A stretch of 64,000 nucleotides of DNA from an uncultured delta proteobacterium (GTDB taxonomy: Bacteria > Desulfobacterota > Binatia > UBA9968). The translations under genes and the position numbers were made by a program. Numbering within the stretch: position 1 is the first letter of the stretch; every line of letters begins with the position of its first letter. The DNA is taken from NCBI GenBank assembly GCA_963804165.1, contig CAWDPO010000017.1, positions 1-64,000 of the forward strand. Direction: 5' to 3'. This document shows positions 10,366-20,519 of the stretch, piece after piece. The notes beneath the pieces were generated by a model, which had not been told where the DNA came from, did no database searches, and saw nothing but the letters and a program-made list of their open reading frames with translations.

Positions 10366-11232
10366 GTGCTGCAGCCGTTCCGAGTATTGACTCCCGCCAA
10401 CGTGGAAGAAGCTTCGGCGGAGCTGGTTCGTCTGGGCGAGAGGGCGACGATCTATGCGGGGGGCGCCGAGCTGATTCTTCTCCTCCGCTACGGAATGGTC
10501 CACGCGGAGTACCTGATCAACATTAAAGGCATCGACGGATTGAGCGAAATCGGTTGGGACGGTCGCACGGTTCAAATCGGGGCAACCGTCACACACCGCC
10601 GTCTGGAAACCGATTCTCTGATTCGCGAGCGCTTGCCATTGCTCGCCGATGCCGAGTCTCGAATCGCCAATATCCGGGTGCGGAATCAGGGCACGCTGGG
10701 CGGAAATCTTTGTTTCAACGATCCCCATTCCGATCCCGGAACCGCCCTCCTGCTGCACGAAGCGGAGGTCGTGCTCGCGCGCAAAGACGGCCTCAGACAG
10801 ATCCCATTGTCCGATTTTTTATCCGGCATGTACTCGACCGGGCTCGAGCCGGGCGAGCTCCTGCAAAAAGTGTTCGTGGCGCCCTTGCCCGTCGGCTGGG
10901 GCGCCGCTTACCTTCGAGTTCATCGCTACCAGCGCCCCACGCTTAACGTCGCTGTCGCCGCGAAACTGCAAAACGGCGCCGTAGAAGACGCGCGGCTGGC
11001 CGTCGGCTGCGTCGGGCCCAAGCCACTGAGGTTATCAGAACTGGAAGCAAAAATTCGCGGTGAAAAGCTAGATGGCGCGAAACGGATTTGCGCCGATTCG
11101 AAGCAGTACCTCAAGGATAAGCTAGCGCCGATAGACGATCTTCTCGGTTCGGCCGACTATAAAATTTACATGGCGGCGGTGCTTCTGAGCAGGGCGCTCA
11201 GCCAAGCCGGCCGAAGCAATGGAAAGGGTTGA
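10366..11232 (+). CDS. XDH/CoxM-family FAD-binding subunit
   Basis: YAGGAEL, IGATVTH, IRVRNQGTLGGN, DPHSD, GSADYK. Confidence 0.92.
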   Translation: MLQPFRVLTPANVEEASAELVRLGERATIYAGGAELILLLRYGMVHAEYLINIKGIDGLSEIGWDGRTVQIGATVTHRRLETDSLIRERLPLLADAESRIANIRVRNQGTLGGNLCFNDPHSDPGTALLLHEAEVVLARKDGLRQIPLSDFLSGMYSTGLEPGELLQKVFVAPLPVGWGAAYLRVHRYQRPTLNVAVAAKLQNGAVEDARLAVGCVGPKPLRLSELEAKIRGEKLDGAKRICADSKQYLKDKLAPIDDLLGSADYKIYMAAVLLSRALSQAGRSNGKG

Positions 11233-11744
11233 TGATGGCCGATCCGGTAGCGCCGATTGCTACGCTGCAAAATTTCGCGATCGAGATCACCGTCAATGGT
11301 ACGACGTGGAAGGGAGACGTGCCTGCCGAGGAAGTGCTCCTGGACTTTTTGCGATATCGCCTGAAGCTCACCGGAACGAAACGTTCTTGCGAGTCCGAGG
11401 TCTGCGGGGCCTGTACCGTTCTCGTAGATGGCAAGCCGATAAGTTCGTGCAGCTATCTCGCCTTCGAGGCAAACGGAAAATCCGTCACGACCATCGAAGG
11501 GTTGGCCTCTGGCGGGGAGCTCGATCCATTACAGGAGGCGTTTATTAGAAACATGGGCGCCCAGTGCGGGTTCTGCACATCGGGTCAAATCATGGCCGCA
11601 AAGGCGATCCTCTTGGATAACCCGTCTCCCACCTACGAGCAAATCTCGCAATGGCTGAATGGAAACATATGCCGGTGCGGCTGCTACCCGGCCATAGCGA
11701 AGTCGATTCTGGAGGCCGCCGAGGAATACAAAAATCGCCGCTGA
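11229..11744 (+). CDS. XDH/CoxS-family [2Fe-2S] subunit
   Basis: CESEVCGACTVLVDG..SC; QCGFCTSG; NICRCGCY. Confidence 0.95.
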   Translation: MMMADPVAPIATLQNFAIEITVNGTTWKGDVPAEEVLLDFLRYRLKLTGTKRSCESEVCGACTVLVDGKPISSCSYLAFEANGKSVTTIEGLASGGELDPLQEAFIRNMGAQCGFCTSGQIMAAKAILLDNPSPTYEQISQWLNGNICRCGCYPAIAKSILEAAEEYKNRR

Positions 11745-11751
11745 GTTCTTC

Positions 11752-12696
11752 CTACCCCTGCAGATCCCCGAAAAAAAGATCCTCGAGGCGAATCGGGGAT
11801 GGAATTAGCCCCTGTTCTACCGAGAGATCGACAAACGTTTGCAAGGTCCGGCGAATCTTTTCCACGGAATAAGGAACGGGATCGCGACCCGTCAATGCCA
11901 TTTGCTGCTCTAGCGCGTCCCAGTACCAGAGCAAACCCGAGTCGCGACTGTCTTGCATCTTTTCCAGTCCAAGCTCCTTGGCCCGACAAAACGCCTGGAA
12001 GATTTCGCGCACGACATCCAACCGTTCCAGATATTCCTCGCGGCAGGCGATGATGTTCATGACCGGAATCACGCCGCTGCGGCGATAGGATTTTTTCTCC
12101 TCCTCCGCGGCGTCGGGAAATAGCCTTTGGACATTCTTTCGGGCGAGGAGCTCGGAGGGTAGAAGATCGGGGTGGACGAGCGCGTCGATTTTTCCCGTAA
12201 CTAACCACTCCTGTAGATCGGTGTCTTTAGGAATGTACTCGAGTCGCGTTCCCGATGGAAGCACGTAAGAATTATCCTCCGTTTCTGCATTGAGCCAACG
12301 AACCTCGCCCAGACGGACGCCGTATTCATGCATGAGCAAACCGCGCGCCCAGACGTTGGCGGTCATCCCGTATGCGGTTCCGATTCTTTTGCCCTCGAGA
12401 TCCTTCGGCTCTCTGATGCCGGACCCCGCATTCACAAAAATGTAAGAATGCCTGAACGCACACCGGATAAAAACCGGCAGGGCCTTTACCCTCGCGCCAC
12501 CGAAGCGGGCGCGTAAAAATCCCGCCAGCCCACATTCGGCAAAATCCAGATCTCGGTTGCGCAGCAGCCCGCCGACTCCCACGTTGGCTTGCTCCGATAT
12601 CTCGAGTTGGAGCGATGAAGGGCGAACCTTGTCGTCGAATAGAGCCGCCGTCCAGTCATGTCGACGACAGGCGATCTTGATAATCCGCTTGTCCAT
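11752..12696 (-). CDS. 4,5-dihydroxyphthalate decarboxylase-like (PBP-fold) protein
   Basis: ALPVFIRCAFRHSYIFVN..GIREPKDLEGKRIG, TANVWARGLL, RLFPD, DPVPY, EQGLI. Confidence 0.75.
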   Translation of the reverse strand: MDKRIIKIACRRHDWTAALFDDKVRPSSLQLEISEQANVGVGGLLRNRDLDFAECGLAGFLRARFGGARVKALPVFIRCAFRHSYIFVNAGSGIREPKDLEGKRIGTAYGMTANVWARGLLMHEYGVRLGEVRWLNAETEDNSYVLPSGTRLEYIPKDTDLQEWLVTGKIDALVHPDLLPSELLARKNVQRLFPDAAEEEKKSYRRSGVIPVMNIIACREEYLERLDVVREIFQAFCRAKELGLEKMQDSRDSGLLWYWDALEQQMALTGRDPVPYSVEKIRRTLQTFVDLSVEQGLIPSPIRLEDLFFGDLQG

Positions 12697-12744
12697 ATTA
12701 TTTCATGCTCGTTCGACAATCGTCAGAAAAACGCTCACACGACG

Positions 12745-13815
12745 CTAGCTCGGGCCGCAGGCCAGCGCCGAGACCGAAGCAGTAAAAATGAGATGTCGCC
12801 AGGTTGTGCCCCGATCCCTGCTCACAAATACCTGGCCCCAGCCGGCATCACCGCGGCCCGTCGCCATGAACATCGTTTCTGGGTCGGCAGGGTCGAATGT
12901 CAGATCGCCGATCGGGTCGTAGAGCAAATCAGGCAGACCCCCGGTCAAATGTTGCCATGTCTTGCCCCGGTCTGCCGTACGAAGGAGACTGCCTTCGGCC
13001 CCGGTGGGACGATTCCATTCCGTCGGCACGCCCCGCGCCACGCCGACATACACCATGGCGCCATCTGTCGGATGATGACGTATCGGCTCTCCATAATCCC
13101 AAGGCAGATGGTCGGTTAGGGAAGTCCACGTGCGGCCCCGATCAATACTTTTGTACACCGCTTTACCCCAGTGCGGTTGAGGAGACGCGGGATAGGTCCA
13201 ATGCGCTCCCCCGCCGGTGGTGGCATATATTTCCGAAGTCTGAGGGTTAAGGTCGAGCCAGTGCACGTCAGGGTCTATCCCCTCCACGGAATCAGTCCAC
13301 GTTTTACCCTCGTCTTCACTCCAAATGACCCCGCCGATTTGAATCGAGGCAAAAATAAGTTTCGGATTCGATGGATCAGGCAAGATGCTGCGAACATGAG
13401 GATCTATGACCGTAGCGGGATAAGGCCACTCTCGTGTTTCGCCGAGTTTTGTCACGCCCTCCATTTCCTGCCAGGAGTTGCCTTCATCCCGAGTGATAAA
13501 AAGGCCCACCGGCCCCGTGCCCGCATATAACACCTCGGGCCTGCGGGGATCCATCGTGAGGCATCTCAGATGGCGCCGGGTCAATCCCTTGGATCGCTCG
13601 TCCCAGGTAATACCCCCATCGGAACTCCTGAACACGCCGCCTCCGCGAGTGCCGGCATAGACGATGTTGCGATTCCCGGGATGAACGACGAGCCCACCCG
13701 ATGTGATCCTCTGATCCTTGAGGGCTTTCGTTTCAAGGCGCCAATTAACACCGTCGCGGGTGCGGACGATGACAACTCCGTGTGAGGTTCCGAGCAATAG
13801 TCGTTCTGCGGCCAT
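12745..13815 (-). CDS. BNR/Asp-box repeat beta-propeller protein, no signal peptide
   Basis: Repeated SxDGGxTW boxes (SSDGGITW, SEDEGKTW, SIDRGRTW, TADRGKTW, SRDRGTTW). Confidence 0.8.
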   Translation of the reverse strand: MAAERLLLGTSHGVVIVRTRDGVNWRLETKALKDQRITSGGLVVHPGNRNIVYAGTRGGGVFRSSDGGITWDERSKGLTRRHLRCLTMDPRRPEVLYAGTGPVGLFITRDEGNSWQEMEGVTKLGETREWPYPATVIDPHVRSILPDPSNPKLIFASIQIGGVIWSEDEGKTWTDSVEGIDPDVHWLDLNPQTSEIYATTGGGAHWTYPASPQPHWGKAVYKSIDRGRTWTSLTDHLPWDYGEPIRHHPTDGAMVYVGVARGVPTEWNRPTGAEGSLLRTADRGKTWQHLTGGLPDLLYDPIGDLTFDPADPETMFMATGRGDAGWGQVFVSRDRGTTWRHLIFTASVSALACGPS

Positions 13816-13859
13816 CCTTCGTAACCTCCTTGATTGAAGCTTTTGTAAAAAAACTCTAG

Positions 13860-14621
13860 CTAACTCAAATAGGGTATCGGGCTCAATCGCTCGCCGTCGA
13901 ATTCATAGACTCGACCGCCGACTTCCGCCGGATCGGCTGACAGGAGCCAAAGGAGATGAGGCATGAGTATTCCCGCTCCAGGATGGCGGGCGCGGATCTC
14001 CTCCGGCTCATAGTCGAGCGCAATGCGGATCGTGGGCCTTAGGCATGTTACGGCGATTCCCCTGACCTTCTCTTCTTCCCACAGCACACGCGTAAGAATC
14101 TCGACTCCCGCCTTTGCCGCCATGTAGGGCCCTCGACCTGTAACGTTGCCGTATTTCAAAAGCCATTCCGATCCCCATGGACCACCCCCGGATATGTTAA
14201 CAATTCTTCCGGTGTGCTTATCAGCTAGGTGCGGCAGAGCGGCGCGGCTGGAGACGGCGGTCGACGTCAAGTTGGCTCGCACGATGCGTTCCCAGAATTC
14301 AAGCTCCATCTCCCTCAGCGGCGGCCATCCGCGACCCTGGGGATGCATCCCGGCGTTGTTGATCAGAACATCGAGGCGACCGAAGACCTCGACGGTTTGC
14401 AAAACCGCTTCTTTCGCTGCGCTCGCGTCCGCCATGTCGGCGCGGACGCCGATTGCCTTTCCTCCGCTGGCACGAATCTGTTCTATGCATTCACTGGGGT
14501 CCAGGAGGTCGGCGACCATCACGCCCATGCCCTTGGTAGCCAAGGTCACGGCAATGCTGCGTCCGATGCCTCTCGCGCCCCCGGTTATAAGGGCCACATC
14601 AACGACTTCGGATTGCGCCAT
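13860..14621 (-). CDS. SDR family oxidoreductase
   Basis: TGGARGIG, NNAG, YMAAK. Confidence 0.9.
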   Translation of the reverse strand: MAQSEVVDVALITGGARGIGRSIAVTLATKGMGVMVADLLDPSECIEQIRASGGKAIGVRADMADASAAKEAVLQTVEVFGRLDVLINNAGMHPQGRGWPPLREMELEFWERIVRANLTSTAVSSRAALPHLADKHTGRIVNISGGGPWGSEWLLKYGNVTGRGPYMAAKAGVEILTRVLWEEEKVRGIAVTCLRPTIRIALDYEPEEIRARHPGAGILMPHLLWLLSADPAEVGGRVYEFDGERLSPIPYLS

Positions 14622-14746
14622 GAATCATCGCTTTCCAGCGCGGCTCCGCAGAACCGGCGCGCGCGATCCATTGTCACCCGGGTCTTCGTTCGCAGCGATT
14701 TTGCGCCGGTTCAGAATGTTTTTTCAAGCGCCTGAAATTTGCTACG

Positions 14747-14819
14747 AACTTATTGATCCGAAAATCCGTTGTCAAGCTTTTTGAAAACCTTGACTTGTTT
14801 TATTGATCGTTAGTATAAG
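14747..14819. promoter_or_regulatory. Divergent sigma70-like promoters (SDR / cupin)
   Basis: Plus: TTGACT(14790)-18-TATAAG; minus: TTGACA(14775)-17-TAAGTT; ttattgatc occurs twice. Confidence 0.45.
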
Positions 14820-14857
14820 CGTCCCAGTAATCCGATGGCAGTCTGGTCCGAGGAATT

Positions 14858-15904
14858 ATGGCCGATCAAACTCTTCAAGTCCGAAACTTCTATAAAGACT
14901 GGGTCCGCGCGCAGGGGATTCCGTTGATCGAGGAGTACTATATCGAGGACGCCAAAAAGATCGAGCTTGCGTGGTGGGAGCAAAAAGGGGGTAATGGGGC
15001 GATCCTGAATCTGATCGGCACCGGCGAGTCCAACGATGCTTATGTTTGTGAAATTCCTCCGGGAAAAAGTTTAAAACCGGAGCGTCATATTTACGAAGAG
15101 ATGATTTTCGTTTTGCAGGGAAGCGGAGCGACCACTGTCTGGGTAGAAGGCTCAAAAAAACAAACATTCGAATGGCAGGAGGGAAGCTTGTTCGCTCCGC
15201 CGCTGAATACCTGGCATGAATTGCACAACGGGCGGTCAGCCGAACCCGCTCGTTTCCTGGCCGTGACGTGCGCTCCCCTGGCGATGAATCTTTACCACAA
15301 TTTGGATTTTATCTTTAACAATCCTTTCGTTTTTAGTGATCGCTACCAGGCGACTTCGGACTATTTCAGCGGTAGCGGCAAGATTCATTCTGGCCGTATC
15401 TGGGAAACCAATTTTATTGCGGACGTCTATAGCTTGGAGCCGCCCGAACGCAAGGAGCGCGGCAGGGGAAACCGCGAGTTTCTCTTCGAGCTTGTCGACA
15501 ACACGATGGCAGCCCACATCTCCGAGTTTGCCGTCGGACTATACAAGAAAGCGCATCGTCATGGCCCCGGCGCCCACGTCATTATCCTCAGCGGCAAAGG
15601 TTATAGTCTTATGTGGCCTGACGGCGGCAAGAAACTAAAGTTTGAATGGAAACCAGGAACCATCATTGTTCCTCCGGAGATGTGGTGGCACCAACATTTT
15701 AACACCGGTCGGGATCCTGCGCGTTATCTCGCTCTTAGGTGGGGAAGTCAGAAATATCAATTTCAGCTTGCGCAGATCGATGAACTCCTGAAAGACCGCC
15801 GGGAAGGCGGTAATCAGATTGAATATGAAGATGAAGAGCCTGAGATAAGGCAGCGGTTCGAGGAAGCTTTGAGCGGGAGTGGTGTTGAAAGCCAAATGAC
15901 GTAA
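14858..15904 (+). CDS. Bicupin protein (gentisate-dioxygenase-like cupin domains)
   Basis: PERHIYEE..G.G.T, LNTWHELHN, KAHRHGPGAH, WWHQHFN; paralog of 60069..61184. Confidence 0.8.
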   Translation: MADQTLQVRNFYKDWVRAQGIPLIEEYYIEDAKKIELAWWEQKGGNGAILNLIGTGESNDAYVCEIPPGKSLKPERHIYEEMIFVLQGSGATTVWVEGSKKQTFEWQEGSLFAPPLNTWHELHNGRSAEPARFLAVTCAPLAMNLYHNLDFIFNNPFVFSDRYQATSDYFSGSGKIHSGRIWETNFIADVYSLEPPERKERGRGNREFLFELVDNTMAAHISEFAVGLYKKAHRHGPGAHVIILSGKGYSLMWPDGGKKLKFEWKPGTIIVPPEMWWHQHFNTGRDPARYLALRWGSQKYQFQLAQIDELLKDRREGGNQIEYEDEEPEIRQRFEEALSGSGVESQMT

Positions 15905-15926
15905 GGACAGCAGAGGCGGTCTGGCG

Positions 15927-17006
15927 ATGGTTACTGTCCGAAAATTGCCGTTGGTTTTGTTGTTGTTGACCTTGTTCGCTTTACCGCGGCCCTTTGGGCT
16001 GCCGCAGGCCGAGGGGCAGGACAAGAGAACAGCAAAGTTGATCGAGGGCGCGAAAAAAGAAAAAGAGGTCGTCGTTTGGCATATCGACGATATAGAAGAC
16101 GACATCGTAAAAGCATTCGAAACGAAATATCCCTTTCTCAAGGTCAAACTCTGGCGCGACCGAGGCGCCACGATGGCAACGAAAGCTCTGGAGGAAGCGA
16201 AAGCAGGGGTGTATTCCCCCGATCTATGCCTGTTCGACGATATCAATTTGGAATGGCTGATGGACGCAAAGCTGCTGTTAAATTATGACTGGCCGAATAC
16301 CAAAGGCTGGGTGAATCAGCCTGCTCACAATTTTTACCGCGGCATTGTGGCTTCACCAAAGGTGCCGATTTTCAACAGCAAGGTTATTCCAAAAGACCAG
16401 TGGCCCAAGGGCTGGGACGATCTCAAGGATCCCAGATGGGAGGGAAAAACGCTCGCAAGTTCTTCAGGAACGGATACCGCTTTGTACACGGCATTCACGT
16501 GGCGCAAAAATGATCAGGAGTTGGACTGGGAGAGGTCTTTTGGATACTGGCGGGACGTCCTTAAGGCGACGAAACCAAAGGTCGTCCGGGGCCTCTCGGG
16601 ACCGATAGAAATGTTGGCATCGGGCGCGGCATCGATCATGATCTGGAACACAGCCAATGGGGCCCTGAGAGCGATATGGAAAAAAGCGCCGATAAGGATG
16701 TTACCGATCAAGCATCTGATTGCCGGGAATAACTCGCTCGCGGTCATGAAAAACGCTCCGCATCCAAATGCCTCAATACTGTTTGCGGACTTTCTCACGT
16801 CTAAAGACGGCTTGATTCCGTATGCCGAGTCCAGGGGAACTGCGGTTAACGCACCCGCGCTGGAAAAGTTTGCTCGGGCCAATAAGGATCTGAAAGAGAT
16901 GGGGCTTACATTCGAGGTGTTGCCTTATCGATTCATGAAGGACGAGAATATCGAGAAGGCAACAGGCTTTTGGCTCAAGGAGTTGGGAGTCAAAGGGGGC
17001 CAGTAA
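15927..17006 (+). CDS. Extracellular solute-binding protein (AfuA/FbpA-like family)
   Basis: Signal peptide, EGAKKE, FETKYPFLKV, PKGWDDLKDPRWEGK, APHPNASILFADFL. Confidence 0.85.
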   Translation: MVTVRKLPLVLLLLTLFALPRPFGLPQAEGQDKRTAKLIEGAKKEKEVVVWHIDDIEDDIVKAFETKYPFLKVKLWRDRGATMATKALEEAKAGVYSPDLCLFDDINLEWLMDAKLLLNYDWPNTKGWVNQPAHNFYRGIVASPKVPIFNSKVIPKDQWPKGWDDLKDPRWEGKTLASSSGTDTALYTAFTWRKNDQELDWERSFGYWRDVLKATKPKVVRGLSGPIEMLASGAASIMIWNTANGALRAIWKKAPIRMLPIKHLIAGNNSLAVMKNAPHPNASILFADFLTSKDGLIPYAESRGTAVNAPALEKFARANKDLKEMGLTFEVLPYRFMKDENIEKATGFWLKELGVKGGQ

Positions 17007-17021
17007 TGCCCCACCCTTCAT

Positions 17022-18407
17022 TTAGCCCGTGAAATAGCTGTCCCAGTTTCCTCGGACTTTCGACCAAACCTCTTCCGGCGGAAGAGCGATCCCCTCGGCT
17101 CGGAATTCCTTAGATTTCGTAGCATCGACAAAGAGCTTCGCCGTAACCCCGTCGGCAGTCGCCGAAGGATCAAGCCTTAGACCGAAAGAATTGGGGATGA
17201 TAAAGGTGTCCTTGTCGGCCTGGACTCGAGTGGCAATGGCCCAGTCGACTTCCTCGGGATTCGTGATGTCGATGTCGTCATCGAATATGAATACATGCTT
17301 TACTCGGCTTCCCTTCACGCCGATGACGGATGCAAGGATATTGTTCGCCATGCCCGGCCGTTTGAGTCGCTCATCGATCTGGATGTGACAATGAAAGGTT
17401 CCCAGACCTGCGGGGGGGCAATAGACTTTTTTTATGGCTGGGTGAGCAGGCTTGAGTGCGTTGTAAAGCAGGGTCGACACGGTGAGGCATTGAATCACTC
17501 CCGATTCGTTAAGTCCCTTGCAGAGGTAAAAGCCGTGATAGAGGGGATTTTTGCGCATCGTTATACATTCGATGTTCCATAGTCGTTCACGTTCCATCTT
17601 GCCGACTGAGTAGCCGCAAAACTCGCCATACGGACCTTCATCTCCAATAGGCGGGGGAATGGACATGTGGCCCTCGAGGACAATCTCCGCTGTCGCTGGA
17701 ACTTCCAAGTCGACCGTCTCGCATCGCACCAATTCCACAGGCTGACCTCGCAACGCGCCGGCGATTGCTAACTCGTCGATGTCGATTCCAGGTACGAACT
17801 GGGAGGCCAAAAAAATGACCGGGTCGGTGCCGATAGCGACAGCAATCTCCAACTTCTTCTCGCCGCGAAACTCCGCCCTTCTGTAGTATTCATAGGCGTG
17901 ATGGCCGGGACTGAATCGCAGGAAAGTCTGATTCTTGCCGGCGAACATCATCCGATAAACCCCCAGGTTTCGACCAAATTCCGGATCTTTAACGATCACG
18001 AGACCTGCCGTCAGATAGGGAGCCTTTTCGGTTCTATTCCAAGTAATCCAAGGGAGCCTCGAGAGATCGACTTCCGTTCCTTTCAGAATGATTTCTTTGC
18101 AGGGGCCGTTCTGAACCGTGACGGGATCTACTAACCTTTTGGTCCTGTCGATGACATCAGCGAACAGTGACTTCTCATCTGTCTCCAATGCCGTTGCAAT
18201 GCGCTTGGTGGTAGAGAGAAGTTCGGTGACGACGGGCATGGAGCTGCCGCGAACGCGCTCGAAGTAAAGTGCTTTCCTGCCCTTTTCGTGAGCGGTCTTA
18301 CAGATTGCGCCCAGCTCATAGCTAGGATCGACTTCTCGGCGAATTCTTGCCAAGTCGCCGTCGGCTTCGAGCTTCTGCAAATATTGTCTCAGATCGGAAA
18401 ACGGCAT
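17022..18407 (-). CDS. UbiD-family prFMN-dependent decarboxylase
   Basis: Start MPFSDLRQYL (ATG 18407); RNLGVYR, EVPATAEIVLEG, EGPYGEF, DDDIDITNPEEVDWAIATR, LDPS. Confidence 0.92.
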   Translation of the reverse strand: MPFSDLRQYLQKLEADGDLARIRREVDPSYELGAICKTAHEKGRKALYFERVRGSSMPVVTELLSTTKRIATALETDEKSLFADVIDRTKRLVDPVTVQNGPCKEIILKGTEVDLSRLPWITWNRTEKAPYLTAGLVIVKDPEFGRNLGVYRMMFAGKNQTFLRFSPGHHAYEYYRRAEFRGEKKLEIAVAIGTDPVIFLASQFVPGIDIDELAIAGALRGQPVELVRCETVDLEVPATAEIVLEGHMSIPPPIGDEGPYGEFCGYSVGKMERERLWNIECITMRKNPLYHGFYLCKGLNESGVIQCLTVSTLLYNALKPAHPAIKKVYCPPAGLGTFHCHIQIDERLKRPGMANNILASVIGVKGSRVKHVFIFDDDIDITNPEEVDWAIATRVQADKDTFIIPNSFGLRLDPSATADGVTAKLFVDATKSKEFRAEGIALPPEEVWSKVRGNWDSYFTG

Positions 18408-18636
18408 GATCACCTCCGGGAAAATGACCTTGTTGCACGATACGCTTTCAGCCCAAAAACTCGATTCGCAAAAAACCGAGGGCGAAAAAAACAAAATATC
18501 GTACAGCGTAGCCCGTACTGTCAAGAGACCGAGCAAGAAACGGCTCGCCCATTGGCCTCCCGAAATGTCTTGCACGAGGAGGCGCAGTAACATAATTTAG
18601 CCTCTCCATGCGCTTCGCTTCTGACGACTGATCGCA

Positions 18637-20373
18637 GTGGCATTTTACCGGCGTTTGTCAGATCCCGGTCGTGACATGTTGACGCTCAGGTCCGTTCTAC
18701 TTTTAGCCTTAACAATTTTCGTCGGGGGCTCGACCCTCATTCCACTCTCTTCGTTGCTTTGGAACAGCTTCAAACCCGTCAGACTCGGGAAAATGTCTGA
18801 TTTTACGTTGCAAAACTTTACTCTACAAAATTATAGCAATGCCCTTATTGACCCCGAAACTATCTCCATCGTCGGCAACAGCTTTGTATTTGCGATCGGC
18901 TCGACCTTGGTCGCGTTGGTTTTGGGAGGGGTCGTCGCATTTCTCGTGGAGCGAACGAATATTGCCTTTAAGAAAACCGCTCATGTGCTAATGCTGATCC
19001 CCTTGATCATGCCAGGGGTGTTGAAGGCCAGCGCTTGGGTTTTGCTTTTAAACCCCAATAACGGAGTCCTGAATCAATGGTGGTTCTCCCTCGGATTTAA
19101 AAATTATCTGTTCAACGACAAATCTGTGCTTTCGATGATCTGGGTCCAGGGTCTCTCCATGATACCCGTAACATTCCTGCTGCTCGGTGCCGCTTTTAAG
19201 ATGATGGACCCTGCCCTGGAAGAAGCGTCCTATGCAGCGGGTGCCGGGAAAATAGGAACGCTGCGCAGGATTACGATCAGGCTGATGATCCCTGCGATCG
19301 CCGGCGCTGGCCTGCTCAATTTCACTCGCGCCTTGGAGTCGTTTGACGTTCCGCTGATCATGGGCCTTGGCGCGGGATACCAAATGTTCAGTACCGCGAT
19401 TTACTATGCCCTCAGAATTCTATCCCCCCCTGGCTATGGACTCGCTCTCGCATACAGTGTCGTGCTCGTAGCCTTTGCGACGTTGGGCTTACTCATTTAT
19501 CAGCGGGTTCTAAATCGGGGCTACAGGTATAGGACGGTCACTGGACGAGCTTTTAGACCTACGCTCATCGACCTGACACACTGGAAGTATGCGCTAGGCA
19601 CCGTGGTTTTGTCTTTTGGTTTCATCTCCTTTCTTCTTCCCGTGTTGGTTCTCCTCTGGGCTTCATTGCTCCCGTACTATCAGCTCCCTTCAGCCGAGGC
19701 GTTGTCATTGTTGACGATAGAAAACTATATAGCCCTGCCAAAAAAAAGAATTTTCATGTCTGCGCTCGCGAACTCCGTGAAACTAGGAGCCGTCGTCAGT
19801 ATCGGAGGCATGATCTTGGCGGTGCTGATCTCGTGGACGGTGCTTAGGCTGCGTCCGAGAGGGAGCCAGATTTTGGATTTCTTATCCTTTGTCTCCTACG
19901 GGATACCTGGAGTCGTCGCCGGATTCGGCTTCATGATCATATTCCTGTCTTTCCCTAATCCATTATATGGAACGATCTGGCTGGTGGGGTTGGCTTATTG
20001 TGTCAACCTCCTGCCTGTCGCCACTCGATTCAGTCATACCGGTATCATTCAAATGCATCAAGAGCTGGAAGAGGCGGCCTCCACGTGTGGGGCAGGATTC
20101 GTGACCACGCTTCGAACGATTACCATGCCCATCATTTTTCCCTACTTGGTTGCGGGGGGATTATTTTTGTTTTTATTGACCATGCGACTTCTTTCGCTTG
20201 TAGCGGTACTTTACACTCCCGACTCCGTTGTCTTTCCCGTTCTCATTGTCCAACTCCACGATACGGGCTTTATCCCGCAACTTTCGGCCTTAGGGATTAT
20301 GATGATTGTAGTGCTTTCCTTTCTAACCTTAGCGGTGCGAAAGCTCGTGCAGGATAAAGTGATCTCGGGATAG
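18637..20373 (+). CDS. ABC transporter permease (FbpB/ThiP-like, duplicated BPD_transp_1)
   Basis: Two EAA loops (DPALEEASYAAGA; QELEEAASTCGA), about 12 TM segments; start may be 18676. Confidence 0.9.
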   Translation: MAFYRRLSDPGRDMLTLRSVLLLALTIFVGGSTLIPLSSLLWNSFKPVRLGKMSDFTLQNFTLQNYSNALIDPETISIVGNSFVFAIGSTLVALVLGGVVAFLVERTNIAFKKTAHVLMLIPLIMPGVLKASAWVLLLNPNNGVLNQWWFSLGFKNYLFNDKSVLSMIWVQGLSMIPVTFLLLGAAFKMMDPALEEASYAAGAGKIGTLRRITIRLMIPAIAGAGLLNFTRALESFDVPLIMGLGAGYQMFSTAIYYALRILSPPGYGLALAYSVVLVAFATLGLLIYQRVLNRGYRYRTVTGRAFRPTLIDLTHWKYALGTVVLSFGFISFLLPVLVLLWASLLPYYQLPSAEALSLLTIENYIALPKKRIFMSALANSVKLGAVVSIGGMILAVLISWTVLRLRPRGSQILDFLSFVSYGIPGVVAGFGFMIIFLSFPNPLYGTIWLVGLAYCVNLLPVATRFSHTGIIQMHQELEEAASTCGAGFVTTLRTITMPIIFPYLVAGGLFLFLLTMRLLSLVAVLYTPDSVVFPVLIVQLHDTGFIPQLSALGIMMIVVLSFLTLAVRKLVQDKVISG

Positions 20374-20519
20374 CGTGTGGATTCCGCGAGCTTCGGCCAC
20401 TGCGAACTGGATAAAGGCGAACTCGGGGGAGAGGCTCCAATGGATGAATGGATTCTCTTCAGACTTTAGCTTGTTTGCTTCAGCGCGGCACCAAAGTTTG
20501 GGGTCGGGTTGAGCTATTG

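Noticed and set aside
8044-11744. Aerobic CO dehydrogenase
   Set aside because: Lacks the AYRCSFR (form I) and AYRGAGR (form II) signatures; only the XDH family can be assigned
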